NCBI GenBank assembly: GCA_030704615.1
Contig: JAKLZA010000117.1
Span: 1-25,000, forward strand
Length of the DNA stretch: 25,000 nt
Direction of reading: 5' to 3'
Source of the DNA: Takakia lepidozioides
Taxonomy: Eukaryota; Plantae; Bryophyta
In this document: one piece after another, positions 10,973-22,600 of the stretch
How positions within the stretch are numbered: the first letter of the stretch is position 1
How the letters are laid out: each line of letters opens with the position of its first letter
Notes under the pieces: model-generated
The model's database searches: none
Told to the model about the DNA's origin: nothing
What the model saw: the letters and a program-made list of their open reading frames with translations, nothing else
Program-made: the position numbers and the translations under genes

Positions 10973-13130
10973 TTATGACACTGAGCTTTTGGCTTCAAGC
11001 CCAGTAGAACTAGTAAGCTCATTGGAGTTCTGCTCTGTGACATCAGCAGCCTCCTCTATCTTTGCTTTCTCCTCCACCTTTAAGTTTTCGAGAAGTTTCG
11101 CAGCTGAGTCTGCAGCCTCATCATGGTCCTCTGACTTCTTGAACACCTTTTCCCGGGCCTCCTCAAACGCAGTCTTGAATTTCTGTGCACCTGATGTTGA
11201 GGACAAGCATTATGAGTGGACGATTTCTGCAGACACAGTTTTACTTGTGGCAGAGCAGGCAGGTAGCCATGAAACAAGATACTGAAATGGGAGCTGTTAA
11301 AAACAGGAGCAGTGACAATTGGCCTGAAAGCCTCACAAACATGTCCCAACTACAGACAACACAAGACAAAAACAAAGCATAGGTGTACTACAATGGACAG
11401 ACCTCCCACTTGGATGACTACTTCAGTGTGAAACTGCCAAACCTCGCCAAACAGTGGGATTGGCTTCTGTTACCTTGTCTACATTCGACATAAGACTAAG
11501 TCAACAAACAAGGAAGTACACACAGTTCATGTGCATATGTTGAAGAACTTTGTGTCCAGTGACAGGACATGGCTTAGCCAGGTGTGGAGAGACCAGATTT
11601 TGTCGTACATGTCCAGATCAGGATTCCTAAATGCCTTGAATGCATTGTGGACACACCAAATTAACACCTTTCACGCAAAAACCCATGATTCCAAGTAAAA
11701 CGGCCCTAATTCTGATATGGAACACACAGTCCTGTCCAACATCCTCGACAGCTAACCCCACATACTCTTCTGACAGTTTCCAGTATCAGCCATGTGCAAA
11801 AGGCAACCTAAAAAAAAATGGCCTCTCTTTACCTTGCAACAATTGCAACAGAAGAAGATCCTTGTATACATACCATTGCAAACATTAGCCTGCTTACCCA
11901 TATCCCCTAAATCTCATATTGTGCACCGTTCATCGGGTCCATAGAAGGCTCTTGATCTTCTAAGCATCTTGCTTACCGGCCATCTTATCATTGTTGGAAG
12001 CAAGGTGTATTCACCAATTCTAATCCCTACACCTTACTGGAACCAACAATAGTACAACATACAAACAAGCAGAAGGATAGACTTACTTTCGATACTACCA
12101 AACCGCATGCAAAAGAGTTCCTCCTTCAGTTCACCATCAGAGTAATCAGGGGCATGCCAAACCCATGACTTGTCACTTCCAGCAAGCTCTTGCAGCGAGG
12201 TGGATGGTATCACTGCCAGACACACCCCACACCAGGTCACTACATAATGAGCTGCTCCTCACATCATACTCTACTACCAAGATGTAAGAGATAGTCTGAG
12301 ATTTATCATCAGCGAAGCTTCACACATTCGCATGGACAAAGACAGGACATCGTCTATATCTAAAGCTCACGAAAAGAACAAATCAAATCATTTTCCCGGT
12401 AAGAATCGATCCACAGACCCATGTGGTTGGCGCAGATCTTGAGGGTCCTGCTTTGTCGCATAAGCAAGCGAATCTTCTTTGACTGCTTATGTTCTAGCAG
12501 CTTCGCCTGCCCCACACCCCGCTCTTTCCATTGCGTGCCTTCCTTGTCGAACCGATATAGTTTGGCTTTGCTGCACACATGCCATCAATATTTCCGCGTC
12601 AGATTATGCCTGTATTTTCGGAAATGACCGGGACGAAATGCTTCCACTCATGCCCCAGCCGATCATCAGGTAAGGATCCTCCAAGGTCCGACTTGATGGG
12701 ATGACATAACCTCCACTCAAATATCTCTTCTTATCGTCAGGTAAGGGTCCAGGTAGGAGATGCAGCGCCATCGGGTCTCTCCTCCTGTGCAGGGTATTGT
12801 GGCAACAAGTAAAATGGAGGGGAAAAGAAAATCTCCAAATCCCCCAGTTCATATTTGTGGCTTACAGACGGTTGTAAGGGTTGGAACAGACAGTAGATCC
12901 GACACACAAACCAATGATTCCCAAAGATGCAGCAAGATCCGGCCTCACATATCAAGAAGAACATCTTCGTTCTCTTCCCCGTTGCTAATGACAGCTTCCT
13001 CCAGCTTTACAATAGGAGCTACCTGAGCCCCTGTGTCCTCCTCGTCGGCCCCTTTGCTGGCCACCTCTGTTTCTTCCACAGCTGCCGATGGAGTCACTTC
13101 TCGCACAGCCTTCTCCCCATCTCCTGCCAT
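10973..13130 (-). CDS. RanBP1: Ran-binding protein 1 (~225 aa, 4 exons)
   Basis: Exons 13130-12949, 12570-12419, 12212-12087 and 11190-10973, all GT-AG and in frame (678 nt). Motifs [77 protein letters not shown], and an NES-like [10 protein letters not shown]. Confidence 0.96.
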
Positions 13131-13427
13131 CTTTGTAGACCTATCAAAGCTTAATCCCCTCAATCAGAACCACCCAAATCCTCAAAACCACAATGGCTGG
13201 AAGACAAGGCGAACAACAAAAGCTTCGCCCTACCCGTGGCCAACTAACCATGGTTCGCACCAGAATATTCTGGAATCTCCCATCATGTCTCTGATCCTTT
13301 CTCTCCTTTATCCTTCTTTTTGGAGATTCATGTAGTATCTCCATGACTCAGCCCTCTCTGTTTGATCTGGATTCTGGAGGAACCCACTTGGGAAGCTTCT
13401 CAACCACCATGACAACAGTACCCAAGG

Positions 13428-13517
13428 GTACTTTGGACAATTTGCAGATCACTCCATCAGTACTTTGTCACTAATAAGTACTTTGACTGTACTTGGACAA
13501 TTTGCAGACCACTACAT
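13428..13517. repeat. Short degenerate direct repeat upstream of RanBP1
   Basis: GTACTTTGGACAATTTGCAGATCACTCCAT at 13428 versus GTACTTGGACAATTTGCAGACCACTACAT at 13489, with extra AGTACTTTG copies between. Confidence 0.8.
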
Positions 13518-14161
13518 GTACATACACCCATCTTCCAAAGTTATGAGTCACACTTGTTAAAAGCCAAAAAGATTCCCGATACAAATCCCCATAACACATG
13601 GCAGTGCAGAAACTATATAAAAAAATTTAGGGGTGGGGCCCGGGGCCTGTAAGATAAAGACACATTAGTTTAATAGACAGAGGCATATGAAGCCACAGCT
13701 TAGAGCGGTCGAGGACAAGGACCTGCAGCTGAACCATATAGAAGACAAGAAAACAATCAACTGCACCTGGTGACAGGTATATACTATGATGGACCCAGCG
13801 TGCCCACCATCTTAGGCTGCACAGACTATTGCATACATAGACTTCCCACAACACTTTACAGGGTGAACCGGTTTTGGGCTGCATAGGCCCCAACTAGGAT
13901 TTTGTGTGGAAGGGGCCATTCAAGTTTAGCAGACCCATGATGCCCTCGAAATGGGTGCAGGTGCTCCACATGGAAGTTGGTAATGTTTTGCGGGCCTGCC
14001 AATAGGCATCCTCACTAACTGGGCTCTGGTGAAGCGTCGCCAAAGTAGGTAAGTAGCCAAGGCTGCCTTAGGACCTGGGCTACCTAGAGCTCTCCCATTT
14101 GGACTCTCTCTCTCCCTGCAGATTAGTATTTTAGTTACAAGCAGTGGACATTGTGATGCGG

Positions 14162-14201
14162 GCTTATAACACTTCATTGGTGCTTATAACACTTCATTGG
14201 T
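14162..14201. repeat. Perfect 20-bp tandem duplication
   Basis: GCTTATAACACTTCATTGGT x2. Confidence 0.95.
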
Positions 14202-15647
14202 CTTGCTCGCGTAATGCATGTCACTACTGTGCATGCATGCCACTGGAGACCCTTGTAGAAAAATGAAGGGAAGAGATTCAAACCCCACAAAGTAGAGCAA
14301 CACAGAGCACCAAAGAGGACATTGAATATGATCCCCAGTCTGCCCCTGCAGTTATGCAAAACACCAGTGAATCTGTGCAAAAACCCAGTCCATACTTCAG
14401 GATGAGTAAGATCTTCAGATCAGTTGAGGTGTGCAAGTCTCTGCACTCATGTTGAATGAGAGCGACCAATTGCCTCGGTTTCCTACCCAGGAAGCAGTCC
14501 TCAATACTGAATCCCTTGAAATTTGTAATATAACAGCACGATAATGGTATGGGAGAAAACAGAACAACTGAACATAGAATATAGAACAACCAAATTGTAT
14601 CTCAGATGCTGAAGCCACCTACAATCTGCTTACCCTGACATTTCTCACTTTCCGAAAAGTTCGAGGACAATCCTTACACATCCTTCACAAGATTGTTCGC
14701 AAGTTTCCCCATCACCAGCTAAGTAGCTAAAAGCTTAAGTAGACACTCTACCAATGTCAATGCTTGCACAACCTTCATTATATACCCATATTCCAGGGGC
14801 CAAAACATTTGTACTGTCTGCAAGCTTCAACCACTATAACTAGTAAAACTCACACATTGCGCGAGGGTTTTCACCTCAGAAGGATCTCTATGGTACAAAA
14901 TTTACTGTGTTAAAAGAACCCACAGAATGTCATGGCAGCCTGCAAAATACATCTGCCGTGCTAGGAGAAACTCACGTCCAATGTCCCACCTCCTCCGCGG
15001 TACATAATTCCAAACACTCATGAGCACCAAGTTGAACAAGTGCATACAACATTGATTCAGTAGAGCCAACTATGCCTTGGAATAACCTCAACCTCATCCA
15101 GCTCTGTACAGATGTGTATACTGGTATCCCTTTGTCACCGAGCAGTCGTTGAGTAGAAACTTCCAGTCCAAAATCAGAAGCTTATTGCACAATTCTGAAG
15201 TAGCTTGCCAGAAGGTGCTGAAGGTACTGGGGTATCATACCCCCTGGTATCACTCAAATCCTTGCTGTAAGTCTGTGGAGATCCAAGGTTACAACGCGTC
15301 CTCCATTCATCGCCACTGGGTCCTGCTTTCACAACTGTACAGCCTGCACCGAGCATGGTCCACAGACGTACCAGAGGCCAAACTGTTGCCAATGGACCAG
15401 ACCATCGGCCGGCTTGTGAACCCTTCTACAGACAAGCCAGAGTGCTGTGCGAGTCCCGCCTGCAGCGCCCAGCATAAGGCTCCTTTGGTTGGGCCAAGCA
15501 GCTCCTTTACAAGAATGTGCATACAGAGAGGGAAAAAGAACATAGATGCCAAGGTCCTAAATCCTAAAGGTGCCACGTACACAGTGAAGGGTGACCGCCG
15601 CTTGTGTTGGCAGAGCACACAGTCAATGGTGGGGCTCCCTCATCTTC

Positions 15648-17043
15648 TCACATGTCCAAGGAATTGATCACTACCCTGTAATGCATAAATCCAAAGCATA
15701 CATACCCCACCTAAACCTGTTAGCGTCTTCCTCATTCAAGGAGGGGACAACGAAGAACCAGTACTCGACTATAGAGAATCTTCCAAGGCCTACAACAAAG
15801 TTCGACAGCAACCCAGAGTCTACTACGGCATGTCACACTGCTGGTCTAAATGCAGTGCACTACTAACTTACCAGTCATACACGGTCGGAGAATTTGGCAG
15901 GGGTTTGTCGAACTTCTCTGCACCAACACGCTCCATCCTAGCTCGGTTACCACCTTGGTGGAACACGCTCCGCCACATGTTGTCCTTCTCCCTCGACACT
16001 GTAAAGAATACATCACCCGTATCAGAAGTCTTCAACCCGGCAGGCAATTAGTCAACAAAAGAGAGGTTGAAATAGTTAGTGTGGGGTCACCAAAGTAGCT
16101 TCTCTTCCTCATGATCACGGAATCGAGAAACTAATCTAACTATAGCTGAACGTCCACACCAACACTTCCCCAACATAAGAAAAGCCCAGCTTTCAAAGAA
16201 GACAACAGGTGCTTTCCTGGTGATCCTCAAAACAATGTGTGTGCTATACATGCATACACCACAAGATGCAATCCTCAGTAAGAAAAGACGAACTGGTGAA
16301 GAAACTCACTGCTAGGGGATGCTACCGAAGGTGACACGGGTGGACTAGCTCCAAAACTTCCAGGAGATGGAAGTGGGGAGTCCGTATCCAAGTTGCGAAG
16401 CATTGGAGGCTTGTTTATTGTTATACTTTGACTGACGCGGCGCGCCTCACTCTGGGAGTGATGAAATTCCGCACTGCGACGGCGATGTTCCAACATTACC
16501 TTGGTCATCTCATCTACATCTGCCACACATCAACATTTACCACGTCAGATCTTCGTGAACAAGTGGTCGATTCATTGACCAAATCTAGCCGCTCTTCGCT
16601 GGCGAAATCTCAAATACAACGCTTCATCCCTTCCTGCCATCCTGTTACGTTATGAATCTCTATACACGCATTGAAATCGGCTCCAAGAGCAATCTTTCTT
16701 TGACAATCGTTAGCACACCACTTAATGCTGGTCAAGAGATGAACATCTTTCATAAACAGACACGAGATCCTGAGATACTCAACACCAACACCAGCTCCAA
16801 CTTGCACATGTCAATGCTACACAAACCTCAGACACTGACCATCCTCTTCCCTTTCAAGTACCAACATAAGAGCCTCCTACCTAAGTATCACACAATTGGA
16901 ACCGCAAACTCCATGACATCAAGCAAAGTACCATCTGGGAAAACATCAGTGCCAGAAGTGCGATCCGCTCTCAGCTTCTTAAGTCCCTTATCCGGCTGGG
17001 GTCCCGCCACAACATCATCCCACAGCTTGTCCAGAAGCCCCAT
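15648..17043 (-). CDS. Dormancy/auxin-associated (DRM1/ARP family) protein (~158 aa, 4 exons)
   Basis: Exons 17043-16932, 16519-16310, 15998-15872 and 15675-15648, all GT-AG and in frame (477 nt). Family hallmarks [27 protein letters not shown]-rich linker, [10 protein letters not shown] and [22 protein letters not shown]. Confidence 0.95.
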
Positions 17044-17426
17044 AGTGAGATGCCCAATTCTCACAACAACAAGACAAGCCTACAAATATAGTCAAGATCA
17101 ATGAGACAGAACCCAAGTTGCCAAAGCCAGAATCTTCCACCCTCCTCTATGCCGCAGACTGAACTGAAGCAAGAGCAGCACAAGGGAAGAGAAGGAGAGG
17201 CAGCCAGGAGCAGCAGAGGCGGAAGAAGATGGCTACCGAAGATGGGCCCTCGTTATATCTTCCACTTTCACCAACACCAGTAACTTGGTCAAAAACAGTA
17301 CCCAGATGAAAACCCAGGGGATCCACCAAACTCCCTCTTTTATTCTCAGAGGGAAAACCCAAACATCTGTCCACCACAGCAAGTGCTTACCTCTGCTTAT
17401 GTATAACACTACCGGACAAAAGCTCT

Positions 17427-17460
17427 AAAGAAAGAAGAAAGAAGAAAGAAGAAAGAAGAA
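17427..17460. repeat. (AAAGAAG)n microsatellite; a pyrimidine patch on the minus strand in the probable DRM1 5' UTR
   Basis: aaagaaagaagaaagaagaaagaagaaagaagaa is directly visible. Confidence 0.85.
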
Positions 17461-17559
17461 CCTGATCTTCCTGTTGCTCTACAGTTCCCAGCTATTCATG
17501 GCCATGCTTATCCCTATTCTGCCCACCCTCACAGTCTGCCTGAGGGGCAGCTGTTGCAG

Positions 17560-17566
17560 TTTTATA
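17560..17566 (-). promoter_or_regulatory. Candidate TATA box for the DRM1/ARP gene
   Basis: TATAAAA on the minus strand, upstream of the CT-rich patch and a candidate 5'-UTR intron (donor AG|GTAAGC at 17390, possible acceptor at 17080). Confidence 0.4.
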
Positions 17567-17734
17567 ATTGTGAGGATAAGCTACCACAACCCTGGCTGAC
17601 TCAGCACCCACTGTGTCCAAATCATGATACTTAATCACGTCGGTGCGACTACTTGGCCCTCCAAATATGCCCCAATCTCGTTCATTTAAAGTTGATCACT
17701 TGCCTCAAACTTGGCCCTTCGCACATTCCACCAT

Positions 17735-17914
17735 TATATATATATATATGACGCCTCCCCAAGGAGGTGTAAATTATGGTGTATCTTCACCCCCAAGGGT
17801 TAGTGCCTTCCGTTTGGAAGGTAGACACCTTTGTGACACCAATCGGTGGATTGAACCCACAACCACTTCCAAGGTGGTATGTGCCCATTACCACTGGGCT
17901 ACAACTTGGTTGTC
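17735..17914 (-). mobile_element. Full-length tRNA-derived SINE (180 bp) with (AT)n tail and 13-bp TSD
   Basis: On the minus strand: A box TAGCCCAGTGG (17901-17891), B box GGTTCAATCC (17857-17848), a hairpin-rich body and an (AT)n tail at ~17735-17749. Identical flanking repeat CACATTCCACCAT at 17722-17734 and 17915-17927. Confidence 0.88.
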
Positions 17915-18167
17915 CACATTCCACCATGTTCTTTGTTCAAAGGAGGTTCAGAGCACTTGGCGCAAGTTGGCCCTTCACCATGTTCTTCACTCAAAGTTGA
18001 GAGGCTGGACACGACTGCTGGGGCGTCCAAACAATTCACCATGCCCCTTTCTGCGCCATCCCATTCGTCCGACCCTCCATCTCATATTTTTGGACCTTCA
18101 AAAGAATCCCTTGTTAATGATTTCATTGCTCTACATATTCAAAGTTCAAGCCCTTCCACCATGTCCC

Positions 18168-18285
18168 TCACTGGGTGAGCCGAGTGGTTAGGGCATGGTA
18201 CTATTTTAGTGGTGGTTGTGGGTTCAAACCCCACATAAGTGAATTGGACTTCACAAAGGTCTCCACTTACCCTTGGGCACCATAA
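18168..18285 (+). mobile_element. Second, diverged and 3'-truncated copy of the same tRNA-derived SINE family
   Basis: A box TGAGCCGAGTGG (18176-18187) and T-arm GTGGGTTCAAACCCCAC. Shares GTGGTTGTGGGTTCAA, ATTGG..TCACAAAGGT, CACT.ACCCTTGGG and CACCATAA, in order, with the minus-strand copy. The anticodon arm does not pair, so this is not a functional tRNA. Confidence 0.75.
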
Positions 18286-18607
18286 GATGCGTTTGGTTCT
18301 GCTCGAAAATCCAGGAAAGTCCCCATGGAAGAATTTCTAGTCTTGTATCACAAAGTGGGATCCCAGAAAAGTGTCCCAAAAGGGAAAACTGTCCCAAGTG
18401 TGGGGATGGAAGGCATTTCCCCACACGTGCCAAAAATATCAATTCTCTCTCATCCAACAACAGGGGTCATCCATCCTTCAGTAGGGCTCAGCACGACGTT
18501 AGAGGGCGTGGGCGAGGCATGGGCGCTGCCAACGCGTCGCTGTGGCATTGGTCCTCAGCGCGCAACGTGGCTGGTCATCCGCTTGCCGCTGACTCAAGTT
18601 GACTCCC

Positions 18608-18635
18608 CACTAGTCACTAGTCATTAGTCATTAGG
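18608..18635. repeat. 7-bp tandem repeat (CAYTAGT) x4
   Basis: CACTAGT CACTAGT CATTAGT CATTAGG. Confidence 0.85.
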
Positions 18636-18799
18636 CCGCTTCACCGTCCACCACTGTACAATCTCTAATCAAGGTGTCCCCCTCAAACAGCATGGTTTTG
18701 ATCCCAACCATTCCAAAGCTTTGGCTTGCTTTGTGAGCTCTACCCATCTCTGCAGTGGCCCTCATTCTCTGCATGATTCGATGCCAGATTAATCCATCA

Positions 18800-19465
18800 C
18801 ATTCATGCTACAAATTTGTTTCTCTCAACGAGGTCTTGACCCTGCTGGAAAATCTGACGTACAGGCTGTAGTGTCCAAAGCCATGTCTGTTGCCAGGAAA
18901 TTGTGTGATGAAAATGAAGCTAGGCAGAAAACTTCCCTGAACTAGTTTCCAGTCTGTGACATAGGGGAGGACATCATAGGTGACCTCAAGGGTCTACCCA
19001 CTTAGACTGAACTTTAAACTCAGGGCGGGAAGCCTACCTTGAACATCAAACAGAAGCAGAGAGGAAAGGAAGAGTGCAATTGCCCCTTGTGTGGGCAACC
19101 TGAAGACAATATTCATTTTCTGATTCATTGTCCAGGGTTCTCTCACCAGAGAGACGCTCTCTTCAAATCTATCAAGGGAATTGTGCCTGTACCTCTGTTT
19201 ACCAACTTTGAAAGTCTCGATGCTGAGCCAAAAGCCCAGGCCCTTTTGGGGCTTAGTTATTGGGCAAACCACACACAGCAGGTTGATGCTTGTGTAAAGA
19301 GGATATCTGGAAAACCCGGATCAATTGTTTATTCCAAAGTAAGTCTTACTACCGGTGTCAGCCCCTGACAAAGGTAGGTTCTGTCCCTTTGTGATCCGCT
19401 CAAACTGGGCGCGGGGTCAATGGCCACAAGGCTACGGCAAACAACGTCTTATGAGTACATTCTCT
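18800..19465 (+). mobile_element. LINE family B, copy 2 (3' end; 5' boundary uncertain, homology to copy 1 from 18912)
   Basis: Frameshifted RLNFKLRAGSLP / NIKQKQRGKEECNCPLCGQPEDNIHFLIHCPGFSHQR CCHC-type C-terminus. Its 3' end AACGTCTTATGAGTACATTCTCT matches copy 1. Confidence 0.85.
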
Positions 19466-19699
19466 CGACGAGGTCAAGGTTATGACCAGTTGGCAAGTTT
19501 GAGATTATATGGAGCAAGGAATGATGCTCCTCAATTCATGAAATCACAGGGACAATTAGGATCTGTATCCATGTCCTTGGTCTTTCCCAAACTCTTGTCC
19601 GGCTTACACTAACCACATTGAACATCTAACAAACAAGTAACACAATGATTAGACATCTACGTCATTTTCAACAGTAGCTTTGAAGTTCTCACTCTGCAC

Positions 19700-22600
19700 C
19701 TACTCAGGCAGGTTGATAATTATCTGTAGCCTACGGCTTGTCCACGACTTGAAATAGCCGTGCCTCTTGTCTGTGATGTCTTCATCTGATTCACTGCTGC
19801 TACTGGACGATGAGCTTGATGTGCTCTTCACTAGGTAACTCACAACCTGAAGGATTTCATGCACCACAGTGTGGAACCAGTCAGGTGCTGCTACAGTAAG
19901 CAGGACTCCATGCATTACCGGAGAGTGCTGGCAACCTGAGTTTGGCAGGACGTATATTGTGAGATACGGCCATTGGATGAAGTGAACTCTCGTCAAACAT
20001 ATGCATCACAATAAGTTTGAACACCAACCAAACTTATTAACAATCTAAGGACTACGCAACCAATTCTGTATGCCTGTAGTCAAGAGCATTGACCTGGGCA
20101 GGTGTCATGGGCCTGGGTGAGTGCTGCTCACGACTCCACTTGTTTCTTACACAGGTTCCCTTTGCTGGTTTCCAGGGCGGCTCGGATAGCCAGAGTGTTT
20201 CCTTGCAAACTGGACAATATGCCCTGTTAGACATGAAAAGGCACGATGGACGCCCTGCATGCAGTATGCACACAACAAGCTCTCAATATAACTGTTGCCA
20301 AAGCTTCCAAACTCCACGACAAAGATTCACTATCTTACATGTAAATATCTCTGTTGGTAATCATATCTATAAGTGACACTGGACAGTCCCAGACCAGTGC
20401 AAACGTACCGCTGAGTTTCCATGATATCACTAAAACATACTGCCCACAAGGTGTATTTGGATCCAAGTAGTAAATCACAGTTAACGTTCAAAGGATGCAC
20501 AAACATGGGCAACTTTATACCTTGCCGAGCCAGATCAAATGCCTTGCGCCAAATCCCAGCTGCACTGTCTCCTTGTGGGTGTGAAATCTGTCCTCCAGTT
20601 TTAGGGCCTCGACCTCGCACAATACAAACTTCCTTATCGCCTGCAGTCTTCATGTCCGTATGTGAAGCTCCAAATAGAGCCCAAAACTGGGCGCGCCAAA
20701 GTGCATCTACACTTGCAGCATCGTTCCAACCCCTGTGACCAACACAAGTATGTGTACTCGCAAAGTGTTCTTTGCAAAAATGATCCTCCTAAGAGATTAA
20801 CCTCATGCTCCTATCAATGCAATAAATCCCCAGCCCCCAACTGGCAAGTCATACACTTCAATTGCATGGAATGAAAGTGCACATAGGGTCCAACTGCAGA
20901 GAAGCTGATGCGGCAACAGTAATACGTGGATGGGAAGCTGTTGTTTCACAGTCATATCCTTCAGATTGCTCAATCGTACATTGCTGTCTAGCCTGTCAAG
21001 TAAACCTCCGCAAATAACAGTGAACGAGATGCTACTGTATGGACCCTCCATATAAATGAATCATTGGACTCATACAAACAATGCTCTCTCAGCTGATGAT
21101 TGAGATCGTGATGGCATTGGATTAACATGCCTGCAGATGGTAGAAGCAATGGCAAGTGAGCGCGCATCCAGAAATCCAAACACGTGCACCAATACGTCTG
21201 CTGACAGCTGCTCGCATTCTGAACCCCAGCCAACCCCTTCCCCACCTGAATCTGGAACAGCTGGAGATAAGCACCATGCAACAACCATGTGGAAAGGCCG
21301 CCCGCACCAAAAAAGACATACCACGAAACGCTGTCGATGACCTGCATAGGCAACGTAGTACTCCCTTTCCATTGAACTTTGACCTCAGAGTACCCAATGG
21401 ATCCCTCACACTAGAAGAGGTCCCTCAACAGGGATGGGACCTCACCATTTTGGAGCTGCGGATGTTTCAGTCGGCGATGCCAAGTGATTGCGGCAGTCTT
21501 ATATTCACTGACCGCTGCTGCTTTGCGCTGCTTGGGTAGAATGGCTTCCACAGCTTGCACCAACCCACTTGCCGCTGCCAGCTGCTGGCTTGTCTCCATT
21601 CTGCCACCACCAAATCCGCGAATATAAGTCATTACACAGTGAATTGTAAGAAATCTACATCTTGACAATGAGTCCTTGTGGTCAAAGCCTTCCTGGGCAA
21701 CACACCAAAGAAGCTCGCTATTATCGCTGTGCCAAAAATGCAACATCGACAATTGTTGATCACGTCCAATCCAGGGAGCAGACGCACAATCGAACAAAGG
21801 AACTACACTGGATAAGTAGAAGTATGTCAATGTGGTTTTTGAGCAGATCGCACACACCTATTGGACAGCAGCCCAACCCGTACAAACTAGGTCAGTTTTT
21901 GCAAATTTGAGATAACCACATTCATCACACTGTAGGCCTGATTATAAATTCAAACATCTCTAGTGTGGGTATCTGAAGTAGTTCCACTTTCTACCAAATA
22001 GACTTTGACACAGTTTTGGACCTATAGCCCTGCAAGAGAGAAAACCCTAAAATAAATTTTAAGAAAAAACCTACCCAGGTAACGATCGAAAGGCATGGAG
22101 AATGTCATCATAGATAAGGGCCTGCACAGCCTTAGGTGCACGTCCATATGCGACCCTCACACACCCTTGTAGCTCCTTGCATGCTTCCACATAGTCACCC
22201 CTGCACCTCCAAGAGAGAGAATTTGATGGCTCAAGGTTGATGTATTCCAAGCATCACCGACCTCCCTCTGCAATTTGACGAAAAACAAGAAAGAGAAGTC
22301 TATCCCGGAAAGCGGAGATCCCCTTCAGAGGAAGAGCATCAGTATATGCACCATCTAGCGGATTAGCATGGAAACATAGAACTAATCATATCACGAGAAA
22401 ACTCGACCATGTGATCCAGAGAGCTGGTTGGTATATAGACTCAATCAGGTAAACACAGGTCTTTCTCTGAGAACCGGCCCTTCCCGATCCATAACCCTAA
22501 TACCCTCATACCACAACCAGGTTTGACTAAATTCGAAGTAGAATGATTGTGTAAACCTGCGCAAGAGAGCAGCGTGCAGGTGCAGCCCTTCGTAGCGACG

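Noticed and set aside
14975-15021. Minus-strand MSVWNYV, resembling the DDB1 N-terminus
   Set aside because: The similarity stops after seven residues and no further DDB1 exons are present.
15149-15667. 172-aa plus-strand ORF
   Set aside because: Non-ATG start, antisense to the DRM1 last exon and 3' UTR, and no recognisable motif.
17643-18191. 182-aa plus-strand ORF
   Set aside because: It runs through the SINE antisense strand and its (AT)n tail, and has a GTG start.
18168-18242. Functional tRNA gene (Leu-like D and T arms)
   Set aside because: The anticodon stem does not pair, the long variable arm is missing, and downstream homology to the other SINE copy explains the sequence.
22042-22050. 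Telo-box AAACCCTAA in an F-box intron
   Set aside because: A single common motif; function cannot be supported from sequence alone.
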